Virus record (IMG/VR): IMGVR_UViG_3300047335_000010
Location: 1-42,792 of that record
DNA: 42,792 nucleotides
DNA from: a virus
Direction: 5' to 3' (one strand)
The translations under genes were made by a program, and so were the position numbers. Of the stretch, positions 1 to 11,241 are shown one piece after another (the stretch's first letter is position 1; the number at the start of each line of letters is the position of its first letter). The notes under the pieces were generated by a model. It did no database searches and was not told the DNA's origin. It saw only the letters and a list, made by a program, of their open reading frames with translations.

Positions 1-82
1 ACCCGTGCGACCTATTACGATACTCCCGCACAAATTAAACCCGGTACGCTCGTTAGTATCGAGAATGGAAACGTGAATGCCG
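1..82. repeat. Terminal direct repeat, copy 1 (identical to 42711..42792); circular-closure overlap or short DTR
   Basis: acccgtgcgacctattacgatactcccgcacaaattaaacccggtacgctcgttagtatcgagaatggaaacgtgaatgccg occurs at both ends of the window, base for base. Confidence 0.95.
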
Positions 83-2838
83 GGGCGACTTGGTATGAAA
101 CGTCGACGGTTTCCGCGGTAGGAACCGATCCGATCACGTTTAGCCCGCTTATTCAACCGGTTAATTTCATGCTTAAGGCGGACAATTTGTCCGACGTTGC
201 GAGCGTCCCGCAGGCATTGCTTAATTTGAATTTCCTCCCCTCGTGTAAAGTCATCGCGCCTGATAACCTTAATGCCACGTACGACAATGCGTCCGGCGGA
301 GTCGGGGCGACCTTGACCGATGCGGGCGGGACATTCGCGGCGCTTTCATTAGATGGCGAAACCGTGAACGTCGACGATCCCTTCCTCGTCCCGTTTCAGT
401 CGTCATTTTTCCAAAACGGTATTTATATTTTAACTACGCAAGGCGACGGCGTTTCTGTGCCGTGGCAGGCGACACGCGCGACTTATTTCAATCAAGCCTC
501 GCAAATGGTACCCGGGAAATATATTCCGATTTTCGACGGTGAGAGCTACGGCGGCAGTATTTACGTAATTCAAGCGCCGCAACCCGTTACGATCGGGACG
601 GATAGCATTATATTTAACTCAATGTTAGAGCTCGCGATTTTCCAGTTTGATTTTTTACAAGCCGCACACAACCTATCCGATCTTGCAAGCGTACCGACCG
701 CCGTTACTAATCTAGGCTTGACGATCGGTACCGACACACAAGGGTGGTCGGCCGTACTTGACGCCGTCGCCGCGGGGACTTATACCGGCGCGACTTCGAT
801 CACGACGCTAGGCACGATCGGCAGCGGTACATGGCAAGGCGGCGTGATCGCCGGGACTTATGGCGGCACAGGCGTCAATAACGGTTCGAGCACGATCACA
901 ATCGGCGGTAATGTTACTTTCTCCGGCGCGCATACTTTCGCCGCGACACTTACGGCCAACACGTCCGTGACTTTCCCGGTTTCCGGTACGCTCGCAACGA
1001 CGGCGCAAATACCAAGCCCGGCCGCAATGACCGAAGTGGACGACACGAACGTAACGTTAACACTCGGCGGCACGCCGGCGACTTCCCTCTTGCAAGCGGT
1101 ATCCTTAACGCTCGGCTGGACGGGAACGCTGGCAGGGTCGCGCGGTGGCCTTGGCGCTGCAATCACTGCAAGCGCCGGGGGGATTTATTATTCAACGGGC
1201 AGTAATGGCGCATTACTCGCAGGGACAGCAACCGCGCAGCAGTTATTAATGTCGGGCGCGAGCACGACCCCGTTATGGTCTACATTCACGATGCCAACGA
1301 CCGCGGCGATCAATACGATCTTTTACGCCTCGAGCGCGAACGTATTCGCCCCGATCACTCCGGTTAATAGCGCAGCATTGCTATCTAGCGTTGCGGGGGT
1401 GCCCGGATGGGTAGCTTATACCGGAAGCGGTTCGCCGGTGCTCGCAACGTCCCCAACGCTCGTTACTCCGATACTCGGGACGCCGCAATCAATTACATTA
1501 ACGCACGGTACCGGCTTGCCATTGACAACCGGCGTGACCGGCGTTCTACCGCTAGCAAACGGCGGAACGAATGGCAACATGACGGCAAATGCCGGGGGTA
1601 TCGTGTGGAGCGATGCGGCGCAAATGCAAATCCTTGCCGGTACTGCGACCGCGGGCTTACCGTTACTCTCAGGTAACGCGGCGACGCCAGCATGGGGCGC
1701 GTATGTGTTATCGCTCGGGGGTGCGTTAACGACCGCCGGAGCCGTCACTTTTAGTGGCGCGTACGGATTTACGGGAACCTTGACAAATACGACATCGGTG
1801 ACGTTCCCGACGTCCGGCACGCTCGCAACGACTAGCCAGATACCGACTCTCCCTGTCCCGCTTGCGTCCGGGGGAACGAATGCAAACCTGAGCGCCAACA
1901 ACGGCGGTATTTTCTATTCAACCGGTAGTGCGGGCGCTATCCTTGCGGGCACTGCGACCGCTCAACAACTCTTGTTGTCGGGTGCGAGCACGACCCCGCA
2001 ATGGTCGACCTTTACGATCCCATTAACGGCGGCGATCAATACGATCTTTTACGCGTCGAGTGCGAATGTATTCGCCCCGATCACTCCGGCCAATTCAAGC
2101 ATTATGTTGAGTTCATCCGGCGGCGTGCCGTCATGGGGAACTACCCTACCGGGCGGAGTACAGACGAACATAACCAGCCTAGGGACGATCGCGGTCGGTA
2201 CATGGCAAGCCAGCTTGATTGGTAGTACGTACGGCGGCACGGGCGTCAATAACGGTTCGAGCACGATCACGATCGGCGGTAATGTCACATTCTCGGGCGC
2301 GAATACTTTTACGGGTACATTGACGGGCAATACGTCCGTAACGTTCCCAACTTCGGGCACGCTCGCGACGACTTCCCAATTAACGATGGGAACCGTCACG
2401 TCGGTCGCAACGTCTGGGCTAGTGACGGGCGGAACGATCACAGCGTCAGGCACCGTGACAGTGACGGCCGCCGTCGAGACTGATATGGAAGCCGCGACCA
2501 GTACGACCGTTGCGGTCGTCCCAGCAGTCGTGCAGAATCATCCGGGCGTTGCGAAAGCGTGGGCATATATTACAAGCCCGTCGAGTTCGCCCCCAACGAT
2601 TTCCGCGAGTTACAACGTAACGTCTATCGTCAGAAATAGTACGGGGGTTTACACACTGACATTAACGACCGGTTTCAGTAGTTCAAACTACGCGATTTTA
2701 GTAACGATCGAGGACGGGATCGCGCTCGCGAAAGCGGTAGTCACTAACGGGACAACCTTTGTCGTAACTACAGCTAGTCGATCCTCGGGATCAGTGTCAG
2801 ACCAAGCATTTTATTTTTGTTGTTTTGGCGATCAATAG
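1..2838 (+). CDS. Tail fibre protein, 3' part (about 945 aa) of a gene that starts at 42099 and crosses the contig junction
   Basis: Frame 1 is open from base 1, so the GTG at 73 in the ORF track is an artefact of linearisation. It carries tail-fibre motifs NLSDVASVPQALLNL and NLSDLASVPTAVTNLGL, GGTG/GGTN boxes and large internal duplications. Stop at 2836-2838. Confidence 0.8.
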   Translation, partial: TRATYYDTPAQIKPGTLVSIENGNVNAGATWYETSTVSAVGTDPITFSPLIQPVNFMLKADNLSDVASVPQALLNLNFLPSCKVIAPDNLNATYDNASGGVGATLTDAGGTFAALSLDGETVNVDDPFLVPFQSSFFQNGIYILTTQGDGVSVPWQATRATYFNQASQMVPGKYIPIFDGESYGGSIYVIQAPQPVTIGTDSIIFNSMLELAIFQFDFLQAAHNLSDLASVPTAVTNLGLTIGTDTQGWSAVLDAVAAGTYTGATSITTLGTIGSGTWQGGVIAGTYGGTGVNNGSSTITIGGNVTFSGAHTFAATLTANTSVTFPVSGTLATTAQIPSPAAMTEVDDTNVTLTLGGTPATSLLQAVSLTLGWTGTLAGSRGGLGAAITASAGGIYYSTGSNGALLAGTATAQQLLMSGASTTPLWSTFTMPTTAAINTIFYASSANVFAPITPVNSAALLSSVAGVPGWVAYTGSGSPVLATSPTLVTPILGTPQSITLTHGTGLPLTTGVTGVLPLANGGTNGNMTANAGGIVWSDAAQMQILAGTATAGLPLLSGNAATPAWGAYVLSLGGALTTAGAVTFSGAYGFTGTLTNTTSVTFPTSGTLATTSQIPTLPVPLASGGTNANLSANNGGIFYSTGSAGAILAGTATAQQLLLSGASTTPQWSTFTIPLTAAINTIFYASSANVFAPITPANSSIMLSSSGGVPSWGTTLPGGVQTNITSLGTIAVGTWQASLIGSTYGGTGVNNGSSTITIGGNVTFSGANTFTGTLTGNTSVTFPTSGTLATTSQLTMGTVTSVATSGLVTGGTITASGTVTVTAAVETDMEAATSTTVAVVPAVVQNHPGVAKAWAYITSPSSSPPTISASYNVTSIVRNSTGVYTLTLTTGFSSSNYAILVTIEDGIALAKAVVTNGTTFVVTTASRSSGSVSDQAFYFCCFGDQ

Positions 2839-2874
2839 TAGAATACTTAATTTTAATAATAAGGGAACGTACCA

Positions 2875-3225
2875 ATGTCAGACGGTTTACAGAAACAAAT
2901 CGATACATTAACCGCGAACGGTTTACAAATGCAAAACGCGTTGCACGTATTGCAAACAGAAAAACAAATATTAAACCAGACACTCGGCGAAGTCATGACC
3001 GGGAACGTACAAGTACGAACCGCGCTTGCATTAATGGAAAACCAATGTAAAGCGTTAAGTGAACAAGCCGTTGCGAAAGATGCGGTAATCAAAGATTTAA
3101 CGGACAAACTTGCCGTTGCGAATACCATTGTATCGAAAACGACAAATCTTGTTCCGCCTGCAAATGATGGCACCCCACCACCAGAGATCGATATACCGGC
3201 AATTATTCCAGATAACGGCCAGTAA
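2875..3225 (+). CDS. Hypothetical acidic coiled-coil protein (possible fibre assembly or accessory protein)
   Basis: 116-aa ORF between the fibre gene and terL. It has a heptad-like Q/L/A-rich sequence and a Pro-rich tail, with no recognisable HTH. Confidence 0.5.
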   Translation: MSDGLQKQIDTLTANGLQMQNALHVLQTEKQILNQTLGEVMTGNVQVRTALALMENQCKALSEQAVAKDAVIKDLTDKLAVANTIVSKTTNLVPPANDGTPPPEIDIPAIIPDNGQ

Positions 3226-3228
3226 CGA

Positions 3229-4836
3229 TTGCCAGTTCCATTCGATTTTGATTTCAAGAATCCCGATTATATAGCCGCCTATCGATGGCGGCTAAGTCGG
3301 CTCGAATCGCTTCGTAAGAACCCCAAACAATTCGCAGCATTACGTGTTTATTATCGTGATAACCCAATACAATTTATTAACGATTGGGGCATGACGTACG
3401 ACCCGCGCAATGTCGACCGTCGACTGCCTGCCGCGATCCCGTTTCTTTTATTCCCGAAACAAGAAGAATTCCTTCAATGGCTAATCGATCGATGGAAAGG
3501 ACGCGAACCGGGACTCGCCGATAAATCGCGCGATATGGGTATGTCGTGGTTGACGGTCGCGCTCGCCTGTACGCTTTGCTTATTTCACGATGGAATGTCG
3601 GTCGGTTTCGGCTCGCGCAAGCAGGACTATGTCGATAAGCTCGGCGACCCGAAATCATTACTTTACAAAGCCCGCAAATTTACCGAAGCGCTTCCGCGGG
3701 AATTTAAGGGCTCATGGGACGTGAAAAAACACGCGCCCCACATGCGGATAATGTTTCCAGACACAGGCGCGATCATATCGGGCGAGGCAGGCGATGGGAT
3801 CGGGCGAGGCGACCGTACTAGTATTTACGTTGTGGACGAGGCGGCCTATCTCGAACGACCGGAGTTAATAGATGCGTCCCTTTCTGATACGACCAATTGT
3901 CGAATCGATATCTCGACCCCGAACGGCACCAATAACCCGTTCGCCCACAAACGATTTAGCGGAAAAATATCGACGTTTAGCCTTCACTGGCGAGACGATC
4001 CGCGCAAGGATGACGAATGGTATCAAAAGAAATGCGACTATCTCGACGATCCGGTAATCATCGCGCAGGAACTCGACCTTAATTACTCGGCGTCAGTCGA
4101 AGGCGTATTGATCCCGGCCGAATGGGTCAATGCGGCCATTGACGCGCATACCAAGCTAGGAATTAAGCCCACAGGCGCGCGACGCCTCGGCCTTGACATT
4201 GCGGACGAGGGACGGGATAAAAATGCGGCATGTGGAAGCTACGGCATTTTAATTGAATATCTCGAAGCGTGGTCAGGAAAGGGCGGCGATATTTACGGAA
4301 CGGTCGAAAAGACTTTTACGCTTTGCGATCTTTTTGAATATCCCGAAGCGTACTATGATGCAGACGGGTTAGGCGCGGGCGTCCGGGGCGATGCACGTAT
4401 CATTAATGAGAAACGAATTCATAAAATCCCGTTCCATCCGTTCCACGGGTCAGGGGCGGTCGTTGATCCCGAAGGCGATCCGTTTTTGCGTTCGAAAGAA
4501 CATAAGGACTATAAAAAAGGGCGAACGAACGAGGATTTTTTCGTTAACTTTAACGCTCAGGCGTGGTGGTCGTTGCGTCGTCGTTTCCAGCATACTTATA
4601 AAGCCGTGGTGCAAAAACTGGAATATACCCCGGAAGACATTATCTCGATATCGAGCGCCCTCCCCCAAAGTCGCCAACTTATTATTGAGCTCTCGCAACC
4701 GACGTTTTCGCAAAACAATGTGGGCAAGATTGTCGTCGATAAAACGCCAGACGGCGCTCGGTCGCCTAATTTTGCTGACGCTGTTAAGATAGCCTATGCG
4801 CCTTACAAAAAATCAAGGAGTTTCTGGGATGTTTAG
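3229..4836 (+). CDS. terL: Terminase large subunit (Terminase_6-like)
   Basis: N-terminal [13 protein letters not shown] motif, Walker-A-like KSRDMGMSW, Walker [10 protein letters not shown] and a C-terminal nuclease-like region ([17 protein letters not shown]). TTG start at 3229. The first in-frame ATG lies about 54 codons in, so the exact start is uncertain. Confidence 0.85.
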   Translation: MPVPFDFDFKNPDYIAAYRWRLSRLESLRKNPKQFAALRVYYRDNPIQFINDWGMTYDPRNVDRRLPAAIPFLLFPKQEEFLQWLIDRWKGREPGLADKSRDMGMSWLTVALACTLCLFHDGMSVGFGSRKQDYVDKLGDPKSLLYKARKFTEALPREFKGSWDVKKHAPHMRIMFPDTGAIISGEAGDGIGRGDRTSIYVVDEAAYLERPELIDASLSDTTNCRIDISTPNGTNNPFAHKRFSGKISTFSLHWRDDPRKDDEWYQKKCDYLDDPVIIAQELDLNYSASVEGVLIPAEWVNAAIDAHTKLGIKPTGARRLGLDIADEGRDKNAACGSYGILIEYLEAWSGKGGDIYGTVEKTFTLCDLFEYPEAYYDADGLGAGVRGDARIINEKRIHKIPFHPFHGSGAVVDPEGDPFLRSKEHKDYKKGRTNEDFFVNFNAQAWWSLRRRFQHTYKAVVQKLEYTPEDIISISSALPQSRQLIIELSQPTFSQNNVGKIVVDKTPDGARSPNFADAVKIAYAPYKKSRSFWDV

Positions 4837-6346
4837 GAGAATATTGGATCGATTTAAGAAGCCGGTTGTCGTGCCCGTCACGATCAAGCCAGAAAAGCCC
4901 CGGCAAGTATTCAGCACGACCGAGTTCGGCGAGACTGAAATCGCCATGCGCCTTGAAGCCATGCAGGCGCACGTATTTAAGGGCGCGATCCATCCCGAGC
5001 TACAGATCACGCTCGATAAGGCGGCTACGGCACCGAAAGCATCGTTTGCAATGGACGCCAATTTTTCATTGAAAGGGTCATTTTTCGGTAACGATATCGT
5101 CCCAAACGGCCAGTTATTATGGTATGCGAACCAAACATTCATCGGATACCAGTTATGCGCGATGATGGCGCAAAATTGGTTAATCGGTAAATGTTGTTTA
5201 ATGCCCGCCGAAGATGCGACCCGAAAAGGATTCGAAATAACAGTGAACGACGGAACGGAAGTCGACCCGGAAATTTTAGACAACATGCGAAAGCTCGACG
5301 TTAGATATAACCTGACGCACGCAATGATACAGTTCGTACAGTTCGGCCGCGTATTCGGTATTCGTGTCGCTATGTTTAAAGTAGAGAGTGAAGACCCCGA
5401 ATATTATTATAAACCGTTCAACCCTGACGGCGTGACGCCCGGGAGTTACCGCGGTATTTCCCAGATTGATCCTTACTGGGTAACGCCGCAACTCGACCCG
5501 CAAGCCGCGGGCGATCCATCGTCTATCCATTTCTATGAGCCGACGTGGTGGAACATTGCGGGCAAACTCGTACACCGGACGCATTTAATCATATACCGGA
5601 TGGAAGAGCTCGCCGATATCTTGAAACCAACTTATATTTACGGCGGTATTCCTATACCGCAAAAGATTTACGAACGTGTGTATGCTGCGGAGCGTACTGC
5701 AAATGAAGCGCCGATGCTAGCGCTTACGAAACGTTGCGATACGATTTATCTCGATTTATCGCAGGCTGCCGCTAACCCAACGGGATTTGCAAAACGTATG
5801 GAAGAGTTTGCATTCATGCGCGATAACTTCGGCGTGAAAACGCTTAATATCGAAGATAAGATGGAGCGTTTCGATACGTCCCTCGCCGATCTCGATGCGG
5901 TCATTATGACGCAATACCAGCTTGTAGCGGCCGCCTCAAACGTACCCGCTACAAAGCTACTCGGCACGCAGCCGAAGGGCTTTAACGCAACGGGCGAGCA
6001 CGAAGAGGCGAGCTATCACGAGATGTTAGAAAGCATTCAGCGTCACGCCCTAACGCCGCTTATCGAACGTCATCATATGTTGATGATACGATCCGAAATT
6101 TGCCCGCAATATAAAATAAAACCCTTCGATACGACCGTCACATGGGAACCGCTCGATGCGATGACCGCGAAAGAGAAAGCCGAAGTTAATCGCATGAGCG
6201 CCGAAACCGGATCGCTATTGATTAACGCGGGCGCAATCGATGGTAACGACGAACGCGAACGAATTATAAACGATCCTGATTCCGGTTACTCGGGTATGGG
6301 GATCGAGGAACTATTGATTGATCCCGAAGAAAACGGCGAATTATGA
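4829..6346 (+). CDS. Portal protein (DUF1073-like)
   Basis: About 505 aa immediately after terL, with the characteristic HRTHLI...[25 protein letters not shown] region. I prefer the ATG at 4829 (AAGGAG 8 nt upstream) over the ORF-track start at 4796. Confidence 0.8.
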   Translation: MFRRILDRFKKPVVVPVTIKPEKPRQVFSTTEFGETEIAMRLEAMQAHVFKGAIHPELQITLDKAATAPKASFAMDANFSLKGSFFGNDIVPNGQLLWYANQTFIGYQLCAMMAQNWLIGKCCLMPAEDATRKGFEITVNDGTEVDPEILDNMRKLDVRYNLTHAMIQFVQFGRVFGIRVAMFKVESEDPEYYYKPFNPDGVTPGSYRGISQIDPYWVTPQLDPQAAGDPSSIHFYEPTWWNIAGKLVHRTHLIIYRMEELADILKPTYIYGGIPIPQKIYERVYAAERTANEAPMLALTKRCDTIYLDLSQAAANPTGFAKRMEEFAFMRDNFGVKTLNIEDKMERFDTSLADLDAVIMTQYQLVAAASNVPATKLLGTQPKGFNATGEHEEASYHEMLESIQRHALTPLIERHHMLMIRSEICPQYKIKPFDTTVTWEPLDAMTAKEKAEVNRMSAETGSLLINAGAIDGNDERERIINDPDSGYSGMGIEELLIDPEENGEL

Positions 6347-7206
6347 AATTAACGAAGCGTAAAGCGAAGTGGGCAAAGAATCGTGACGTTACGTTACGAG
6401 GAACTGACCTGCGCTATAATGTTTCGCAACAACTAAAATACGAACGCGCATTAACGAGGATGGTTCAAGAAATGACGAACGAAACGAAACGATCCGTTAA
6501 ACGATTGTTTCAGAGTAAAACAGCCCGTGTTTATCTTAGCGCGCAAGACGCAAGTATCGGATCGCAAGCACGTATCCTCATGAATTCGTTACTCGATAAA
6601 TTCACGCAGTTATTTTCGTTTCGGTCGAAAACGCTCGCTGAACGTATGCTTAATGGCGCGGCGCAGGTAAGTAAAGCGACACTACATTCGAGCTTGAAAC
6701 AATTAAGCGGCGGCCTATCGCTCAAAACGGGCGTTATCCCCGCCGGAATGGAAGAAGTATCGAAAGCCATAATCGCTGAAAACGTTTCGCTGATTAAATC
6801 AATCCCGCAAGAATATTTCAAGAACGTGACCGGCGCGGTCATGCGCTCGATTACGGTCGGGCAGGGCATGGCGGACTTATTACCGCAAATACAAAAATAC
6901 GACGGGCAAACGGAACGACGCGCGAAAAATCTCGCACTCGACCAGACCCGAAAAGCGTATAATGCGATTAATAAAGAACGGATGCAAAAGGTCGGCGTTC
7001 GTCAGTTCGAGTGGGTGCACAGCGGCGGCGGACAAAAGCCTCGCGAGTCGCATTTAAAAATAGACGGTCACATATTCGATTTTGATAAACTGGAATCGCA
7101 ACAGGCGGCGCTTGGCGTGCCGCCAGAAGACCAAGGCATTCCGGGGTATCCCGTAAATTGCCGGTGTACAATGGTACCGGTCGTACGATTCGAAGGGGAA
7201 GATTAA
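6343..7206 (+). CDS. Head morphogenesis protein (Mu F / SPP1 gp7 family)
   Basis: C-terminal [14 protein letters not shown] motif typical of Phage_Mu_F. ATGA overlap with the portal stop. Confidence 0.8.
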   Translation: MKLTKRKAKWAKNRDVTLRGTDLRYNVSQQLKYERALTRMVQEMTNETKRSVKRLFQSKTARVYLSAQDASIGSQARILMNSLLDKFTQLFSFRSKTLAERMLNGAAQVSKATLHSSLKQLSGGLSLKTGVIPAGMEEVSKAIIAENVSLIKSIPQEYFKNVTGAVMRSITVGQGMADLLPQIQKYDGQTERRAKNLALDQTRKAYNAINKERMQKVGVRQFEWVHSGGGQKPRESHLKIDGHIFDFDKLESQQAALGVPPEDQGIPGYPVNCRCTMVPVVRFEGED

Positions 7207-7350
7207 TGTTAGATTGGGTTAGATGGTTTTGGTGTCGATTGCGTCGAAGGATAATCAAAAGCAAACATATGCGATGCGCGTACCATATTGGGTATTTATC
7301 ATCCTATCAATGGTGCGGTGAATGTAAAAATGCAAATAAGGATTTCGACA

Positions 7351-7686
7351 ATGGCGAGCGCTAAGAAAATATTAGAATACGAACGCGATTTAAAAGCGGC
7401 GGGAATTACGGATAAACAAGCGGAAATTCACGCGCAAAAACTTGCAGACATTATCGAAAGCACGCTTGTTACGAAAGGACATTTCGACGCGCGAATAAAA
7501 GAAAATGAATTAAAAATTGATGCGAAATTCGTCGATTTAAATAATCGAATCGACAGGATCGATAATAAAGTCGAAATGCGTATCACGCAAATGGAAGGTT
7601 CAATATATAAATTCTTAATAACGGTCATGATGGCAATGATGGCCGTCTCAGGCGCAATGCAAACCATATTCCATTACTGGAAATAA
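7351..7686 (+). CDS. Coiled-coil protein with C-terminal transmembrane helix (DUF1640-like)
   Basis: MASAKKILEYERDLKAAGITDKQAEIHAQKLADIIES... followed by ITVMMAMMAVSGAMQTIF. ATG at 7351 is preceded by AAGGA. The ORF-track start at 7288 is less likely. Confidence 0.55.
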   Translation: MASAKKILEYERDLKAAGITDKQAEIHAQKLADIIESTLVTKGHFDARIKENELKIDAKFVDLNNRIDRIDNKVEMRITQMEGSIYKFLITVMMAMMAVSGAMQTIFHYWK

Positions 7687-7723
7687 TGAAACCATGATTT
7701 AAGGATTCCAAGGAGGCAAGGTT

Positions 7724-9109
7724 ATGCCATTAAACAAAGGGAAAAGCGACAAGGCACGATCCGCCAATATCGCAGAGCTCATTAAGGCCGGACACGACCC
7801 GAAGCAGGCCGAAGCGATCGCATACAAAACGCAGCGTGAGGCGGACTCAGAAGACGGCGACAACGGCGAGACATTTAAAATATATGACGAAACCGGAAGC
7901 GCCCGAACGTACGACCTGAACGGATGGCCAGAAATTAAGGGGAACCCGATCTCAAAGGTCGGCGTATTCGATTATCTCGGCGCGGATATCTCGCCCGATT
8001 TGCAGCCCGACCGAATTTATAAAGTCTATCGCCCGGAAGACGAACTCGCGCATCCCGAAACTATAGATTCGTTTCGTCTCCTTCCGTGGACAGACGAGCA
8101 CGAAATGCTAGGCTCCGAAGACGAGGGGCTAACGCCCGCCGAACGAAAAGGCGTTCATGGCGTGATCGGGGAGGACGTTTATTTCGAGGACGGCTATCTC
8201 AAGGGGAATATTAAAATTTTCTCAAAGAAACTCGCCGGGCTTATCGAGAACGGCAAGAAGGAACTCTCGATCGGATATCGATGCTTGTACGATTTAACGC
8301 CCGGGGTGTATGATGGTCAGAAGTATGACGCAATCCAGCGCAGCATTCGCGGGAATCATCTCGCAAGCGTTGAAGAGGGACGTTCCGGGCATGATGTCGC
8401 GGTGCTCGATCATTTTAGAATATCACTTGATAGTAAGGGACTTAAAATGCCAAAAGCAAAAGATGAAGACCAAGGACGAAAGGGGAAAATGACTGGCGAT
8501 AATTACAGTTCATTACTCGGCGAACTTGAAGCGCTGAAAGCCAAGATCGAAGCAATGTCAGGCGGGGAAGAGATAGAAGACGCAGACATTGAGGAAGAAG
8601 AAAAAGGCTACGAAAAAGAAGAAGGCAAAGAAGGCGAAGCGAAAAAAGAGCTCTCCGAAAAGACCGCCCACGAAGGTGACGAAAAGGAAGAAGAAAAGAA
8701 CGGCGAAGACGCAGAAGGCGAATATAAAAAATTCGTTAACAAGGCAGGCGTTGAAGACGACATGGAAGAAGAAAAACTCTCCCAAGATAACGACAAGCCC
8801 GGCGATATGTCAAAGCCAAAAGATAAAGGAATGGATGCAAAGGCCGTCATGCGCGAGATATCATTACGCGATGCGCTCGCAAAACGATTGTCCGATCATA
8901 TCGGTACTTTCGATCATTCATTGAAAACACACAAAGAAGTCGCACGATACGGTATCAAGAAGCTCGGCCTTCAATGCGCGTCCGGTCACGAAATATCGAT
9001 GATCGAGGGCTATTTACGAGCCGCACGGAAGCAAGAACCCGTCGCGATGGCAAGGGACGCAGCGCTCAAATCTAGCTGCATTGACGCATACATAAAAGGG
9101 AGCAATTAA
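7724..9109 (+). CDS. Head scaffold / prohead protease-like protein (DUF2213-like) with E/K-rich low-complexity segment
   Basis: Strong RBS AAGGAGG. Contains [12 protein letters not shown]...LPWTDEHEM...ELSIGYRC...IRGNHLA. An acidic/lysine-rich stretch is encoded around 8560-8800. It lies between the head morphogenesis and capsid genes. Confidence 0.6.
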   Translation: MPLNKGKSDKARSANIAELIKAGHDPKQAEAIAYKTQREADSEDGDNGETFKIYDETGSARTYDLNGWPEIKGNPISKVGVFDYLGADISPDLQPDRIYKVYRPEDELAHPETIDSFRLLPWTDEHEMLGSEDEGLTPAERKGVHGVIGEDVYFEDGYLKGNIKIFSKKLAGLIENGKKELSIGYRCLYDLTPGVYDGQKYDAIQRSIRGNHLASVEEGRSGHDVAVLDHFRISLDSKGLKMPKAKDEDQGRKGKMTGDNYSSLLGELEALKAKIEAMSGGEEIEDADIEEEEKGYEKEEGKEGEAKKELSEKTAHEGDEKEEEKNGEDAEGEYKKFVNKAGVEDDMEEEKLSQDNDKPGDMSKPKDKGMDAKAVMREISLRDALAKRLSDHIGTFDHSLKTHKEVARYGIKKLGLQCASGHEISMIEGYLRAARKQEPVAMARDAALKSSCIDAYIKGSN

Positions 9110-9111
9110 AC

Positions 9112-9636
9112 ATGAGTTTTCAGTCAACCGTATCTATTAATCAGGGTTTCGGCGTTCCCGGCGAGCAATATACGGACTCGCCATTGATAGCGCAGTCATT
9201 TACAATTAACTCAGCGAGCGCCGCATATAATGTCATTGGCGCGACTTGTTGTTCGATCACTTCTCAAGGTTTTTGCGCGGCGGGAAATTCCGGCGGTACA
9301 ACTCCTTATGCGGGTCTCCTAGTTGACCCGAAAGACGTTGCGCTTTTCGGTACCGGCGGAATCCCGCTCGCACCGACCTTGACCGTCCCGAATTTCACAC
9401 AGGTTGAATGCGCGACAATGGGTACCTTTATTGTCACTCTCCCAGCCGCGGCCGCCATTGGCGACTATGTCGTTTATGACAATACAACCGGCGCAATTAG
9501 TACTGTAGCCTCCGGCTCGTCAACTCCCGGAAGCGGCAAATCATGGGCGAATGCTATCGTTTCTTATTATACCGTGAGCGGTGCAGGATTAGGCGTCATT
9601 ACCATGAATCCCGGCGTAGGTATCCCAACCGTATAA
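9112..9636 (+). CDS. Putative capsid decoration/cement protein
   Basis: 174-aa Gly/Ala/Thr-rich ORF directly upstream of the major capsid gene, with a good RBS (GGGAG). Function is inferred mainly from position. Confidence 0.35.
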   Translation: MSFQSTVSINQGFGVPGEQYTDSPLIAQSFTINSASAAYNVIGATCCSITSQGFCAAGNSGGTTPYAGLLVDPKDVALFGTGGIPLAPTLTVPNFTQVECATMGTFIVTLPAAAAIGDYVVYDNTTGAISTVASGSSTPGSGKSWANAIVSYYTVSGAGLGVITMNPGVGIPTV

Positions 9637-9653
9637 CATAAGGATGTGCAGAT

Positions 9654-10781
9654 ATGTTGAGAAGTAACTCACCAGCAAGAATGAATTTACTACCCCGTCA
9701 GGTGCGAGCACTTGAGGGGTTTAACGCCGCCGAATATCCAGCTTTGAACCGTATCGGGATCAATATGGATCAACGCGCGGTTAATATGCTTTATAACGGC
9801 CGAAAAGCAATGGACTCTATGTCGTATGGCATGGACGCACTGCAACCAACCGTGACAACCGGAAGTATCGGAACCCCCGTGCAATTCCTGCAAAACTGGT
9901 TGCCCGGTTTTGTATTCGTTGTGACCGCGGCGCGTAAAATTGACGACCTGATTGGTCTCATGATTACCGGTTCGTGGGAAGACGAACAGATCGTTCAGGG
10001 TATTTTAGAACGTACTAGTTCATCCCAACCTTATGGCGATTATACAAACGTGCCGTTGAGCTCTTGGAATACTAACTTTAATTTCCGTACCGTCGTGCGC
10101 TTCGAGGAAGGCATGAGAGTCGGCGTGTTAGAATCCGCTCGTGCCGCTCGTCAGTTAGTCGATGACGCGGGCATGAAACGAGAAGCCGCCGCGCTCGCGC
10201 TTGAGATCACTCGTAATGCGGTCGGTTTTTATGGTTTCAACGCAGGCGATAACCTGACTTATGGATTTTTAAATGATCCCGGGTTAGGCTCATACACTAT
10301 CGTTGCGACCGGCGCATCAACTTTCACGACATGGTCGACAAAGACTTTCCTTGAAATTACAAAGGACATTCGTACCGCAGTCGTCGCGTTGCGTAATCAA
10401 TCACAAGATACTATCGATCCTGAAAAAGTCGATTTGACTCTTGCCGTTGCGACCGCTTCCGTTGATTGGCTGACAACTACTTCCGATTTCGGTATTTCCG
10501 TTCGGGACTGGATGAAAGAAGCGTATCCTCGTATGCGCGTCGTGTCCGCTCCACAGCTTAATGCGGCATACTCAAGCGATAACGTTTTTTACTTATACGC
10601 TGATAAACTGGACGATATGAGCACCGATGGCGGCCGGGTATGGATTCAACCCGTCCCAACCAAATTCCAAGTGTTAGGCGTTCAGCAACTCGCTAAGGCT
10701 TATGAAGAAGATTATTCAAATAGCACAGCGGGCGCGATGTGTAAAAGACCATACGCGGTCGTTCGTTATTACGGTATTTAA
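9654..10781 (+). CDS. Major capsid protein (DUF2184-like)
   Basis: 375 aa, in the expected position after scaffold and decoration genes, followed by a strong hairpin. The size and sequence style fit the DUF2184-type capsid proteins that accompany DUF1073 and DUF2213 genes. Confidence 0.7.
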   Translation: MLRSNSPARMNLLPRQVRALEGFNAAEYPALNRIGINMDQRAVNMLYNGRKAMDSMSYGMDALQPTVTTGSIGTPVQFLQNWLPGFVFVVTAARKIDDLIGLMITGSWEDEQIVQGILERTSSSQPYGDYTNVPLSSWNTNFNFRTVVRFEEGMRVGVLESARAARQLVDDAGMKREAAALALEITRNAVGFYGFNAGDNLTYGFLNDPGLGSYTIVATGASTFTTWSTKTFLEITKDIRTAVVALRNQSQDTIDPEKVDLTLAVATASVDWLTTTSDFGISVRDWMKEAYPRMRVVSAPQLNAAYSSDNVFYLYADKLDDMSTDGGRVWIQPVPTKFQVLGVQQLAKAYEEDYSNSTAGAMCKRPYAVVRYYGI

Positions 10782-10788
10782 GCAATTA

Positions 10789-10827
10789 AAAGCCCGTTTT
10801 TGCAATTAACCTGCAAATTCGGGCTTT
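10789..10827 (+). terminator. Hairpin downstream of capsid gene (putative partial terminator or attenuator)
   Basis: AAAGCCCG (10789-96) pairs with CGGGCTTT (10820-27). The 23-nt loop holds a nested TTGCA/TGCAA stem. Only a weak T-tract follows (CTTTAACTT). Confidence 0.45.
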
Positions 10828-10848
10828 AACTTATCTAAAAGGTGAAAA

Positions 10849-11241
10849 ATGCCATACGTTTACAGCACAGCGACTTGTTCCGGTTCTTACGTTGAGTATA
10901 AACCCTCTCCGCCAACGGCAAATCACGCCGAGATCGCGAGAAAGGTCACGATCAACGGCGGGCACGGCGTCGCGACAAAGCACGTCGTCACCCCGAAAGG
11001 TGTCGTCACCCATGTGACCGATGACGAATTAGAATTTTTATTGCGGAACGAAGCGTTTCAGCGCCACATGAAAGCAGGCTTTATGAGCGTCGACAAGAAA
11101 AAAGTCGATCCTGAAAAGAAAGCGGCCGAAATGGCAAAAGGCGATAATTCACGCCCGTTAACTCCGACCGATTTTAAATCGAGCGACAGTGAAGCGGCAG
11201 CCGATTCTCGAATTTACAAAGGGACAAGCCCGCGAATATGA
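10849..11241 (+). CDS. Hypothetical head-module protein
   Basis: 130-aa ORF with RBS AAAGGTGA in the co-directional late operon. No recognisable motif. Confidence 0.5.
   Translation: MPYVYSTATCSGSYVEYKPSPPTANHAEIARKVTINGGHGVATKHVVTPKGVVTHVTDDELEFLLRNEAFQRHMKAGFMSVDKKKVDPEKKAAEMAKGDNSRPLTPTDFKSSDSEAAADSRIYKGTSPRI

Noticed and set aside
856-2380. Diversity-generating retroelement (template/variable repeat pair) in the fibre gene
   Set aside because: Near-identical repeats exist, but no reverse transcriptase ORF is present anywhere in the genome. Differences between copies are not confined to adenine positions as far as I can see.
808-2453. Multiple antisense or alternate-frame ORFs inside the fibre gene (for example 858..1166 -, 1416..1901 -, 2049..2453 -)
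   Set aside because: They are typical shadow ORFs of a GC-rich, repeat-containing gene. They have no RBSs, and their repetitiveness mirrors the sense-strand repeats.
73-2838. GTG 73 as the true start of the 921-aa fibre ORF
   Set aside because: The frame is open from base 1. It continues the ORF that begins at 42099 once the 82-bp overlap is merged.
7206-7364. A 52-aa W/R/C-rich ORF ([15 protein letters not shown]...) after the head morphogenesis gene
   Set aside because: It has a plausible SD (GGGGAAG). However, its composition looks like out-of-frame read-through, it overlaps the next gene start and it has no recognisable features. It is left uncalled.
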